From: Candidatus Micrarchaeota archaeon
Lineage (GTDB): Archaea > Micrarchaeota > Micrarchaeia > Micrarchaeales > CABMGC01
Direction of reading: 5' to 3'
NCBI GenBank assembly: GCA_021797745.1
Contig: JAJZZD010000005.1
Location: 1,438 to 65,437 of the forward strand
Length of the DNA stretch: 64,000 bases
The notes beneath the pieces are model-generated. The model was not told the DNA's origin. It did no database searches and saw nothing but the letters and a program-made list of their open reading frames with translations. Positions within the stretch are counted from its first letter, which is position 1, and each line of letters starts with the position of its first letter. Made by a program: the position numbers and the translations under genes. Shown here one piece after another: positions 21,038-30,602 of this stretch.

Positions 21038-22198
21038 TCACGGCTGAAACCAATCTATTTCATAATATTCATTATTACTTTTTCCCAGCATTATTTGCTT
21101 GACTCTGTAATACGTTACTGAAGTTTCTCTGTCTACTATTGCAAGCAGCAGTTCTAATTTCTTTCTTTTTGCTTCGGCTATGGCCGCAGCGAAATCGCTT
21201 CCTCCTATGTATTCCTCTTCTCCCAGCGACAGCATGGCAAATTTAGGCTCTGCATTTTTCGGATTGTCTGCTTCGCCTCCGTTTCTGTGATAAAGAACGA
21301 AATCTATTTTTGCGCTTTTCCTGCCTGTTTTTCCTGGCACTGCCATAATAAATGTTTTCCTTACTGAATGCGCAACCCTGACTGCTCTGGCCCACTCAGA
21401 TATGAGAAGTTTGGAATCTTTCGGGAATACTTGTATTACATGTTTTGAGTGTATCTTTTCATCTCCGTTTGCTGCACCTGGTTTTGCGCCGGGGAAATAA
21501 ACTCGAAAATGCGTTCCAAATTTAAAGCCAGTTTTTATCACATAACCTTTGTCCCTCCAGTCGCTATAAACCTCATAAAGGCTCTCGAAGTCCTTTCTTC
21601 TCTTTTTTGCGTAGCCGAAAAGTTCGTCTCGCTGTATGTTTTCTACATCTAGCACTTTCTTATTCAAAAGATACAACGTTTCGTAAATGTCGAGCTTATT
21701 GAACTTGCCTCTGTCTGCAGCCTTGTATGACCCGTACTGGCCCAGCCAGTATCTCTCGTATAGCTCCTTTCCCTCCTTTTCCTCATTCAGAATGGTCATA
21801 AGATCTGATTTGAAAAAGATACCGCTGACCTTCAGCGATCCAGATATGATGAGCGAACCCGACGGGTACCTTTTTACTGGAGTTTCAAAGGATTTTTCCT
21901 TAATACTATTAGGTTCCTCTGCTACAAGACCCCTATCACGCCAGTCCCTGTACGTAAAGTATCTTGCGATGAACTTATTCGATCTCCAAAATTTTTCTGA
22001 TAAGCGTGAAAAATTGATTTCCTCCCCTGATGATGTGCACCGTGCGTTCCTTTCGTCAAGCAGATAGAGTGCCTCCACTATCCCCAGCTTGAGCTTTTTG
22101 TCAATCTTGTTCCCGTAAAATCCTTTTCCTAACATGTCCTTTGTTGAACTATCCTCCGCAAAGATTCCCTTTCTACCCTTTAACTCTAACTCCAACAT
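21038..22198 (-). CDS. endA: tRNA splicing endonuclease, three-unit epsilon2 (ARMAN) type
   Basis: ~387 aa. Duplicated EALYLL...YRDWRDRG / ETLYLL...YSDWRDKG units; catalytic FRVY, IHS and AHSVRK; C-terminal AIVDRETSVTYY; GSYKAADR loop resembling the ARMAN-specific loop. Confidence 0.9.
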   Translation of the reverse strand: MLELELKGRKGIFAEDSSTKDMLGKGFYGNKIDKKLKLGIVEALYLLDERNARCTSSGEEINFSRLSEKFWRSNKFIARYFTYRDWRDRGLVAEEPNSIKEKSFETPVKRYPSGSLIISGSLKVSGIFFKSDLMTILNEEKEGKELYERYWLGQYGSYKAADRGKFNKLDIYETLYLLNKKVLDVENIQRDELFGYAKKRRKDFESLYEVYSDWRDKGYVIKTGFKFGTHFRVYFPGAKPGAANGDEKIHSKHVIQVFPKDSKLLISEWARAVRVAHSVRKTFIMAVPGKTGRKSAKIDFVLYHRNGGEADNPKNAEPKFAMLSLGEEEYIGGSDFAAAIAEAKRKKLELLLAIVDRETSVTYYRVKQIMLGKSNNEYYEIDWFQP

Positions 22199-22334
22199 TT
22201 CAATCAAACCGTACGGCGTTCCCACGCTTATTTTTTAGTTTCTGCTAATCTGCTTATATTACTGATCTTGCAAAGGTCTTTTAATCGTAGTCTATAAAAG
22301 AAAAGAAGGTAAAACAAACCTGAGTGATGCCGGC

Positions 22335-23345
22335 ATGGCCAATGGTTCGCTATACAAAAAAGAAAAATCTGAACAGATCAAGCGCTCCAATAAAGCCAAG
22401 CGCATGGTGCTGTTGATACTGCTTGCCAGTTTTGCAGTGTTTTTAGTCATAGGCGCGCTGAGCGTGGCCAAAGAGGGAGTCGGCGCGTTTTTACATACTC
22501 TTCTTTCAATCAACCCCTTCTATTATGGAATTTCACTTCTTCTGCTTTTCCTCGGCAATCTAGTGGGATTCCCCAAATGGCAGCGCTTCATAGAGAATCT
22601 GAAGATAAAAATTCCCAAAAAGAAAAATCTGATGATATACCTGTCGATGTTCTCTATGGACATAACTCCTGGCAGGTGGGGGCGCGCAGTTGCAGGTTAT
22701 ACCTTGAATAGAGTAACACATACTCCATTTGCAAAGACATTCCCTGCGATTGCTGCCGACATATTCACTGATTTTCTCGGTTTTATAGTGGTTGTATTTG
22801 TCACGTCATTTCTTGTTGGCAAGTTTACTGCCATTACTGTGTTCATAGGACTATTGTTGATGGTTCCCTTCCTCTTTATATTTTATAAGAAACCTTTCAA
22901 ATACATAAAAGGCAAATGGAAAAGGTTCACATTTCTCAAGCGTTTTTTCAGGGAAGGAGAAAGCTACTTTGCAAGCAGCAAAAGAATAAGTTTGGGCTCT
23001 TATCTTTATGCAATGCTTTTCACCATACCCTCTATGGTCATAAGCGGGCTTTCATTGTTCTTCGTGATTCTCGCCTTTGGAATTCATTTGCCAATCTCCT
23101 ATTTGCCTACAATTCTTTTCATCTATAGTTCGGCCCTTCTTTTTGGCATAGTGAGCGGCATACCTGCAGCTCTCGGCGTAACTGATGCTATTCTAATAGG
23201 ATATCTTTCTGCATTCTTGCCAGGCATGGGATTGAACTTCGGAGTGGCATCGGCAATAACCATATTTTTCCGGCTCGGCAGCATATGGTTCGTTGCAGCA
23301 ACAGGATTCGCATTCCTTTTCTACACTACTAGATACTGGAAATAA
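22335..23345 (+). CDS. Lysylphosphatidylglycerol synthase TM domain / flippase-like protein (UPF0104)
   Basis: ITPGRWG, SGIPAALGVTD, FRLGSIWF; polytopic. Confidence 0.8.
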   Translation: MANGSLYKKEKSEQIKRSNKAKRMVLLILLASFAVFLVIGALSVAKEGVGAFLHTLLSINPFYYGISLLLLFLGNLVGFPKWQRFIENLKIKIPKKKNLMIYLSMFSMDITPGRWGRAVAGYTLNRVTHTPFAKTFPAIAADIFTDFLGFIVVVFVTSFLVGKFTAITVFIGLLLMVPFLFIFYKKPFKYIKGKWKRFTFLKRFFREGESYFASSKRISLGSYLYAMLFTIPSMVISGLSLFFVILAFGIHLPISYLPTILFIYSSALLFGIVSGIPAALGVTDAILIGYLSAFLPGMGLNFGVASAITIFFRLGSIWFVAATGFAFLFYTTRYWK

Positions 23346-23364
23346 AAAAGAAATATCCGCGGCG

Positions 23365-24132
23365 TTATTCAAATCTTTTGAGGCTTTCCTGCTCAACAAA
23401 ACTTAATTTTGCAGGAAGCACAAGAGACAGAATTTTGTCTTTTAGCTCAGCGTAAGGAATTTTTTCTAGTTCCGACATTTTTCCGTACCTTACCACCTGG
23501 CTTTCTTTGCCCCCATTTGCTATCATCACGAAGCTTGTATTATCTGCTATTACCGTCTTCGCGCCTTGAGCGTCTGCCTTTTTCAGTACGTCAAACGCCT
23601 CGTGCAAATTCATGAATCTGCTGTTTTTCTGGTCTATGTCAAGAAGCAGCAGCGAATGTTCGTTGTTTTCAAGGTTTTTCCTTATTGAATCAATGAATGA
23701 CACTGGCTTGTAGCCGTCTTGCCAGAAAGGTATGGTTATCACTGGGCCGAACCTATACGCGTCAAGCCCGCTTTCGCCTATTGCGACAGTAAGTATCGAA
23801 ACAGAATGCAGGGTTTTCGTTTTTATGCCTGATTTTCTTGCATAATCAAAGATTATCTTATGCGTTGTTGCAATCAGCGGGTCTCCTGGGAAAAGAATTG
23901 CTATGTTTTTGACTTTCGCGGCAGAGATTGTTTTATCCAAGTGATCTTCGAGGTCCTGTCTGTGCAATTCAACTAACTTTTTCCCAGTTTCTTGCTCGAG
24001 ATATCTGACATATTTATCCTCCACCTGAGCAGTATATCTTTCTAAATAAATAGCATCCGCTCTCTTCAGTTCTTCGAGCGCTCTGACCGATATGTCCTTT
24101 GCCTCCAGTCCAAGTCCTATTAAAACGAGCAT
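23365..24132 (-). CDS. dph5: Diphthine synthase
   Basis: LIGLGL, IYLERYT, GDPLIATTH, SGLDAYRFG, HSLLLLDI. Confidence 0.93.
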   Translation of the reverse strand: MLVLIGLGLEAKDISVRALEELKRADAIYLERYTAQVEDKYVRYLEQETGKKLVELHRQDLEDHLDKTISAAKVKNIAILFPGDPLIATTHKIIFDYARKSGIKTKTLHSVSILTVAIGESGLDAYRFGPVITIPFWQDGYKPVSFIDSIRKNLENNEHSLLLLDIDQKNSRFMNLHEAFDVLKKADAQGAKTVIADNTSFVMIANGGKESQVVRYGKMSELEKIPYAELKDKILSLVLPAKLSFVEQESLKRFE

Positions 24133-24170
24133 CGAATCAGCGTCTGAAATGAGAATTCCTATTTCTGCTT

Positions 24171-25121
24171 TCAGTCTTTTATCCCTTCTGGAGTTATCTT
24201 TATCACCGCTTCCCCTTCAGGCATGTTTGGCGAGTCAACAAGCCTCACTATCCTCTTGTCTTCCTTGCTTTTTCTCATATAAAGTCGCGTAGTTGCCGCA
24301 TGCGCTATTATGTTACCGCCCACGGGTGTAGTCGGGTCTCCGAAAAGAATGCCTGGGTTGTCTATGACCTGGTTGGTAATGTAAACTGCTACTGCATGCG
24401 TATCTGCAAGCCTCTGCAATTTATGTATGTGCCCATTGAGCTTCTGCTGTCTTTCTGCCAATCCCCCTCTTCCTAGAAATTCTGCCCTGAAAAGCGAGCT
24501 TATTGAGTCGACAATTATCAGCTTGATGTTTTTCTCCTTTATTAGTTTGTCTGCCCTTTCTATCGCTATAACCTGCTGGTCCGTTGTGGTGGCCCTCACA
24601 ACAAAAATATTTTCAAGCACCTTCTTAGGGTCAAGCCCAGCGCTCTTTGCTATTGCCTCTATCCTCTCGGGCCTGAACGTTCCTTCTGTGTCTATAAAGA
24701 GCGTGCCCCCGTCCAAGCCTCCTTTCCCATGATCGAGCTGCACGTTGACCGCCAGCTGGAATCCGACTTGCGTCTTTCCGCTTGCAAACCTTCCATATGC
24801 CTCTGTTATAGCGTTTGTCTCCACGCCACCGCCAAGAAGCTCGTCAAATCCCTTTGAGCCAGTGCTTATCTTTCCTATCGCTTCCCGTTTCTCGAGCACT
24901 GATTCTCCTGTCTCAAACTCGAGCGTGGTCGCCTGCTTTGCCGCTTCTATTGCCTTCTTCGCACTATCCGCGCTTATTCCAATTGCTTCCGAAAGTTCGT
25001 AAGGAGACGCGACAGCAACTTTGTCAAGGTCAGTGTAGCCTGCCGCCTTGAGTTTTTCGGCAGTGGCAGGGCCTATTCCTGGCAGGTCCTCTATTTCCTT
25101 GATTGATTTTTCCTTTGCCAT
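24171..25121 (-). CDS. radA: DNA repair and recombination protein RadA
   Basis: HhH DLPGIGPATAEKL, GRFASGKTQ, IDTEGTFRPER, LAERQQKL, VDSPNMPE; no intein. Confidence 0.97.
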   Translation of the reverse strand: MAKEKSIKEIEDLPGIGPATAEKLKAAGYTDLDKVAVASPYELSEAIGISADSAKKAIEAAKQATTLEFETGESVLEKREAIGKISTGSKGFDELLGGGVETNAITEAYGRFASGKTQVGFQLAVNVQLDHGKGGLDGGTLFIDTEGTFRPERIEAIAKSAGLDPKKVLENIFVVRATTTDQQVIAIERADKLIKEKNIKLIIVDSISSLFRAEFLGRGGLAERQQKLNGHIHKLQRLADTHAVAVYITNQVIDNPGILFGDPTTPVGGNIIAHAATTRLYMRKSKEDKRIVRLVDSPNMPEGEAVIKITPEGIKD

Positions 25122-25448
25122 TTAAATACCGTTAGCAATAATGATAAAAACAGGCAGATATATAATGCCGCATAAAAAGTTAAACCTTTTGTATTGCTTG
25201 CTCTTTTTCCAAGAAAAATTTTAATGCCGCGAGCGAGAAATTCCATCTACTTTTGCGGAGATATTAAAGCAAGCTGCACGATAATAAGGCAGAGACATAG
25301 TACATAAATAAATGTATTGCACAAAAACAATTGACGCCAGGCAGACCGGAAATAACGCTTTGAAAGATAAGCATGAATGTGACCGTGCGGGAACGAAGAA
25401 GCTTTAACCTCCACGGTGTTAGCGTTTCACTACTAATGAAATGAAGTT

Positions 25449-26150
25449 TTGGATATGAAACTAGCCACTGAGCCACCAACAAAACAGCAGTCTCTGCGCG
25501 AAGAACATGCGCAGCTCTTGTCAAGGATGAGCAGAGATGAGTTAAAGGCAGAGATACGCAGCGCATATTTGCGTAAGAACGGCAAGTGTCCAAATCCAGG
25601 TCTGCTGGAGAATCTGACATCCGATCTTACAAGCCTGGTAACGCACATGCGAACTTATGCGACAATTAATGCGTACGGATCCAATGTCGCTGGCGCTGCC
25701 AAAAAATTAGAGAGACCGGTGTCTACTGTGAAGAATTGGCGCATGGCCGGCGTTCTCACCGACATACTGCCTTCGGAGCGCGGAAGACGTCAGGCAAGGA
25801 CGCTGCAGATATCGCTTTCAAAGGCGCGTAGATTAAGCCGCGCAACCCACATGCAAACCGACAAGATACTGAAAAGCTTCAACGGCAAAACAGAGCGCCA
25901 AATACGTGACATGCTGGAAAGCGACCTTGCTCCATCTACAAGAGAGCGGTATGCAAAACTCGCATTCATTAGTTTAGCTAACGGGAATGCCATTTCTCTG
26001 CTGAGATCTTGCAAAGAGAACACAGAGAAATCAGCAAAATCTCTCGGCATCTCCGCACGCTACTTCCAGTACTCGTCAATCGCGCTTAGGCGCTGCTTTA
26101 ACAAAGCAAAGCCGCAGCTGAAACTTACAGCTGAATTGACCGAAAATTAA
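25449..26150 (+). CDS. Hypothetical protein with two Fis-like HTH motifs
   Basis: YGSNVAGAAKKLERPVSTVKNWR and CKENTEKSAKSLGISARYF. Confidence 0.5.
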   Translation: MDMKLATEPPTKQQSLREEHAQLLSRMSRDELKAEIRSAYLRKNGKCPNPGLLENLTSDLTSLVTHMRTYATINAYGSNVAGAAKKLERPVSTVKNWRMAGVLTDILPSERGRRQARTLQISLSKARRLSRATHMQTDKILKSFNGKTERQIRDMLESDLAPSTRERYAKLAFISLANGNAISLLRSCKENTEKSAKSLGISARYFQYSSIALRRCFNKAKPQLKLTAELTEN

Positions 26151-26160
26151 AAAGAAAAAG

Positions 26161-26188
26161 GCCAGCGCGTGTTTTCACACGTGCTGGC
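26161..26188. terminator. Stem-loop preceded by an A-run (U-tract on minus strand)
   Basis: GCCAGCGCGTG-TTTTCA-CACGTGCTGGC, an 11-bp stem with one G-T pair. Confidence 0.35.
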
Positions 26189-26309
26189 AAGGCGACCAGT
26201 TTCATACTTCCCCAGTAAGAGGATTCGTACGATAACTCGTAATGTTTTATATAAATTTAGATTTAAAAGAGTTTCTATCAAGCAGCGCGTTTCATAGAGA
26301 TGGAATTTA

Positions 26310-26975
26310 ATGAAAACCATTTTTACCCTCGACAATCCAGGCACGGTATCTGCAATTCTCCTCGGAACTGCGGTGTTTTTCCTAGGCATAAACTATGGCG
26401 TTTTCTTCCTCGCAGACCTGATATTTTTCCTTGTAATATCCACAATAGTCACATCTGCGGGAAAGCACAGAAAGATGTGGATGGGGACCTACGAAAAGTC
26501 AAGGACTTGGAAAAATGTTGCGGCAAACGGCGCAATACCGCTTCTTTGGACAGTTGTCTATGCAGCAGCATATGTACTGAACCGCCATTTTACTACGCTA
26601 ATCCTGATAGCCTACATAGCGAGCATCTCAGCTGTCATGGCAGACAAGTTCGCTAGCGAGCTCGGGGTGCTTGACGGAGAGCCATACACTCTTCTCACCC
26701 TTAAGAAGGCAAAGAAAGGAACATCAGGCGCAGTAACGCCATTCGGGCTGTTTGCAAGCCTGTTCGGCAGCGCAGTAATAGCTATGAGCGTGTTCGTGCT
26801 TTACTCGAACGTGTACTATTTCGTTATAATAGCTGTTTCTGGACTGTTCGGCTCGCTTACTGATTCGATATTCGGCTACTTCGAGGAAAAGGGCGTTGGC
26901 AACAAGTACACCTCAAACATTGCCTGCGCTGTAGCTGGGTCTTTGCTTAGCGTGCTTCTGCTAGCGCTTCTGTGA
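26310..26975 (+). CDS. DUF92/TMEM19 membrane protein
   Basis: RTWKNVAANG, ADKFASELG, KGTSGAVT..G, SLTDSIFG. Confidence 0.88.
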   Translation: MKTIFTLDNPGTVSAILLGTAVFFLGINYGVFFLADLIFFLVISTIVTSAGKHRKMWMGTYEKSRTWKNVAANGAIPLLWTVVYAAAYVLNRHFTTLILIAYIASISAVMADKFASELGVLDGEPYTLLTLKKAKKGTSGAVTPFGLFASLFGSAVIAMSVFVLYSNVYYFVIIAVSGLFGSLTDSIFGYFEEKGVGNKYTSNIACAVAGSLLSVLLLALL

Positions 26976-26990
26976 ACTTGAAATGGCAAG

Positions 26991-27263
26991 TCAGTTTTCG
27001 GCAGAAAGCGGCCTTAGTTTTTCATGAGTTTCGAAAAAATGAACCATGTAGCTGCATTTCGGCACTATCTTCACTTTATTCTTTTTTGCATACTCTATTG
27101 CTGCCAACGCAAGCCCTTCTGCTATGCCTTTGCCTCTTTCTTCGGGCGGAACGAAAGTGTGGTAAACTTCAATATTTCCCGAGTTGGATTTTGTGTAAAG
27201 CAGCTCTGCATCCCCGTGATTGGTTTTTGCGGAAAACCTGCCTTCTTTGTGCTCTATCTTCAT
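26991..27263 (-). CDS. Small GNAT acetyltransferase (YjdJ-like)
   Basis: HTFVPPEERGKGIA, KIVPKCSYM. Confidence 0.88.
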   Translation of the reverse strand: MKIEHKEGRFSAKTNHGDAELLYTKSNSGNIEVYHTFVPPEERGKGIAEGLALAAIEYAKKNKVKIVPKCSYMVHFFETHEKLRPLSAEN

Positions 27264-27465
27264 GTGCTTACTTTTGGTATCTTTAAATGAAAGGCATAAA
27301 ACATTAAAATAACCTATCTGCCGAAACAGCCGCAAGAACAATGAAGAACGATGAATATAGCCGGAATTGTGTCAAACTGTGCTAGTTGGTACGTACGTTT
27401 AGGATGCAAAGGAACTATTTGCTACAGTTTAAAAATCCTGATTGTGTATTTATTTTGGTAATGAT

Positions 27466-27945
27466 ATGCCAGGAGAAAGAGTAATTGGTGTGATCAACGG
27501 CGCCACAATGCAGAGCGCATTTGGCGGAACAAAGGTGTTTTCATTATTTTTCACTGCGACAAGAGTAATAGCAGCTAAGATGATAGGCAGAGGCACGAAC
27601 GCCCTTCTTGGAAATTTATCAATAGGCGGAGTGCCGCTTGGCAGTGTTTTAATATCGCAGAAGCTCAACGAATCAAAAGAAAAGGCAGACACACTTAAGA
27701 GCGCAGATCCTGAAGAGATTCTGAAGCAGGACAAGGAAAACTTTAGCATATCTTATCCTGAAATAAAGCAAGTATGGATTGGCAAGCCATTGATAGGAGC
27801 GGCATATCTGATTATCACCGCAAATAAAAAATACCGCTTCTTTTTGCAGGCCAGTGGAACGCTGACGCGCGGCGTGGACAAGGAAACATATGATTCATAC
27901 GTCACCATGCTTAAAAAAATCATACCGGATAAATTAAAAGTATGA
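27466..27945 (+). CDS. Hypothetical protein (possible PH-like fold)
   Basis: 160-codon ORF; LFFTATRVIAAK and NFSISYPEIKQV resemble bPH-like proteins. Confidence 0.5.
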   Translation: MPGERVIGVINGATMQSAFGGTKVFSLFFTATRVIAAKMIGRGTNALLGNLSIGGVPLGSVLISQKLNESKEKADTLKSADPEEILKQDKENFSISYPEIKQVWIGKPLIGAAYLIITANKKYRFFLQASGTLTRGVDKETYDSYVTMLKKIIPDKLKV

Positions 27946-27965
27946 CATGCTGTGCCGCCTGTCAG

Positions 27966-28744
27966 TCACTTTTTGGCATCTATTATATGTCTCAACAGCA
28001 CTTTCGTTTCGGCAGGATTCTTCACAGCGAATCACTTCACGCCCGTGGCTCTTACAGGGTAATCCTTTCCTCTTTTTTCTAGTTTGTCTCATGTGAAAAT
28101 AAGGTCTTTCTTACCACATTTCAGTTCCTGCATTATCTTTTTCATTCCATATGCATTGTCTATTCCTTTCTTCCCTATGTCAATTGTAGTTGTACCTGCC
28201 ACTGGGACATCGAATTTAGGCAACAATTTGTCCAACTGCCTTTTTATCTTTAACCGTTTTTTTCATATGAGGGTCCCAGCGCTTTTTTACTTTTATTGGC
28301 GCATCCACGCTCAATGCAGTGAAAGCCACTTGTATGCTCCTTATTTCTGTTTGGCTTCCCTATATTTTCCTTGGCTGGACAAAGTTCGCGTTATCCAGTG
28401 CATCGTTAATTGCAACTAAAACCTTTTTTTATCTCACTGCTCCTTAAATTTTCCGATTACATACATTTCCATTTCCCGTCTGCAAATTTGTAAAATAAGG
28501 TCCCACTTGCAGGAAAAATAAAAAGGTTCTATAAATTGGCACCTTTTGGCAAAGTGTTCGTTAACTGATTCTGAAATAATCCATAGAGTCCGCCTCCAAT
28601 CACTGCAAACTTTTTAATTTTAAGCAGCTCGAAAATAAGTTGCCGCATTTCTTTACCAATAGACATTTTACTTTCTGTCAGCGTACCGTCAAGGTCAGCT
28701 ACTATTTTTACTTTTGAAACCAGAGACCTGGCTATTTTTTCCAT
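27966..28744 (-). pseudogene. HAD-IIB phosphomannomutase-like pseudogene
   Basis: ADLDGTLTESK (HAD motif I) and AVIGGG; in-frame TAG at 28529-28531 and further stops; then QVAFTAL..APIKVKKRWDP, a frameshift, AGTTTIDIGKKGIDNAYG, IFT*DKLEKRGKDYPV. Confidence 0.85.
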
Positions 28745-28794
28745 GCTTTTATTTATTGCACGAACCTAATAAATTTTACCTGCTGAATACTATT

Positions 28795-29670
28795 ATGAAA
28801 AGGCAACGGCTGATTGAGCAGACAGCGCGTGGGCTCGAGGAAGATTCATACATTTCAGTGACTGCCGATTCTGTGCATGCATGTTTCGACATACTGGCAA
28901 GCAAGCCTGGACGAAAGTTCGCGATAAAGATAGTGCACAACATAGATTCGGTAAGCAAAACAGAAGCGACCAGGTTAAATAAGCTGGCCTCTTTCCTTGA
29001 TTCCTGCCCTCTGATACTCGGAGTGCGTTCGAACAACGAATGCCTGAAGAAGAAGGTCACTTATAGCAGGTTCGAGATAAACTGCGTATCCGTTTCATCT
29101 TTCGACACAGCATTCGATGACATGCACACTTACATCGCATCTAAATCAGTGGGCGTTAAAGTCCGGATTTCCTGCTCAAAATTAAGAAGCACGCGTAAAA
29201 TGAATGGGTTTACCTTGAATTCGCTTGCAGCCAAAGCGGGGATAGCCGCAAGCACGCTGTACAAACACGAGCATTCAGACCTATATGCGTCGTTGGGCAC
29301 AGTGCGGGCCCTGGAACGCATACTGGGAAAAGACATAAGGTCGGAAGATAGGCAGGTCATCGGGAAAAAAAGCATTTATTCAGGGTATCTGGGAAAAACC
29401 GACCTGAGCGTGGTGGAATTGGGAGGATCACCATTCAACAAGCTGGCGAAGAGCAAAAACTACTATGAACTTTGCAATGAAACAGATTCGAGGACGGCGA
29501 AGAAAAAGGCAGTCCTGCTGGAGCGCGTTAGAGACGCTTTTCCTAACAACTACCCGTTTTTCCTGGGCAGTAGCAAACTAGGCAAAATAGGCACAATACC
29601 TGTGTTAACGGCAAGGGAACTTAGTTCGGCAAAGACAGAAGATGAATTGCTGGAGCTAGTTTACTCATGA
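28795..29670 (+). CDS. Archaeal HTH (Cro/C1) regulator with N-terminal nuclease-like domain (COG1395)
   Basis: CFDILA, IKIVHNIDSV, GFTLNSLAAKAGIAASTLYKHE. Confidence 0.8.
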   Translation: MKRQRLIEQTARGLEEDSYISVTADSVHACFDILASKPGRKFAIKIVHNIDSVSKTEATRLNKLASFLDSCPLILGVRSNNECLKKKVTYSRFEINCVSVSSFDTAFDDMHTYIASKSVGVKVRISCSKLRSTRKMNGFTLNSLAAKAGIAASTLYKHEHSDLYASLGTVRALERILGKDIRSEDRQVIGKKSIYSGYLGKTDLSVVELGGSPFNKLAKSKNYYELCNETDSRTAKKKAVLLERVRDAFPNNYPFFLGSSKLGKIGTIPVLTARELSSAKTEDELLELVYS

Positions 29671-29675
29671 AATTT

Positions 29676-30536
29676 TTAAACAATCAAAAGCATAAGATTC
29701 CCGAGCAGCAGCGAAATCACAGTGCCGATGAGAATGAAAAGCGCGAACGGAGCAGCATTCCTGTAAACCTGCAGCTTCCTGTCTGAATTTCTTAAGTCAT
29801 TTAAAAATTCATTTGTCACCAAACGCCCGAAATGTTTCGAGCGCCTTTTGAAGTAAGAAATGTCCTTTTCATCCATCAAATTCAACGCGAGCATATCACC
29901 CTCTTCTAATTCTTTAGCGCTTACAGGCTTTGCCATGCTTTGCGTGATTCTGCTCTCATACATCGGCATCACAACCGAAGGTATGGCGAAAGCAGCCAGT
30001 ATCACAGCGCCCGTGGCGCTGAGCCTGAAAAATGAGCTTATGACAAAGAAAAGCAGCAGATACATCGCAAGCATTACTATGCTTAATATTTTTTTTTCTG
30101 TAGCTATGCCTTTCGACTTTACTTTCACTGCGTTCCTGCCTGCCGACAGGTAATAAAGCGGTACAATCCACACTGCCGACACTCCTGCGGCTATAAACAC
30201 AGAAAGAAGGAAAGGCATTCCGTACTGGTTCACGCTCAGCAGCAGAGGCGTCTGCTGTATAGGCAGAATTAGGCTTATGGTTACAAGTTCAAAGAAATCG
30301 CCGGCGCCCCAGTAGCCGATTCTGTAAATTGCATAGCCTGCTGCGCCCACCACCAGTGCAATCGCAAGACTTATCTCTGCCGTGTAAACGCCATTGAGCA
30401 GCGTTACGGCAACGCCCAAAGCCAGCGCTGCATAAACAAAAATGTTAGGCACGTTCCTTTTGTTGAACACATCAAATGCTGCGTATGCAATTGCGATTGC
30501 CAGCAGCAGCGCAATGTTTACGATTATGGCGAGCAT
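29676..30536 (-). CDS. A24 prepilin/preflagellin peptidase (PibD/FlaK-like)
   Basis: AAFDVFNKRNVPN, WGAGD (GxGD), ELEEGD, PFALFILIG. Confidence 0.8.
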   Translation of the reverse strand: MLAIIVNIALLLAIAIAYAAFDVFNKRNVPNIFVYAALALGVAVTLLNGVYTAEISLAIALVVGAAGYAIYRIGYWGAGDFFELVTISLILPIQQTPLLLSVNQYGMPFLLSVFIAAGVSAVWIVPLYYLSAGRNAVKVKSKGIATEKKILSIVMLAMYLLLFFVISSFFRLSATGAVILAAFAIPSVVMPMYESRITQSMAKPVSAKELEEGDMLALNLMDEKDISYFKRRSKHFGRLVTNEFLNDLRNSDRKLQVYRNAAPFALFILIGTVISLLLGNLMLLIV

Positions 30537-30602
30537 GCAATTCCATGTTTATTGTCTGCACAGTTTTTTATATTGCTGTGCGTAAATAACATGGTTGTTG
30601 CA

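Noticed and set aside
28529..28531. TAG read-through (pyrrolysine) or an alternative genetic code in the PMM-like gene
   Set aside because: The same gene also has TAA and TGA stops and a frameshift, and core genes end normally at all three stop codons. This is ordinary decay.
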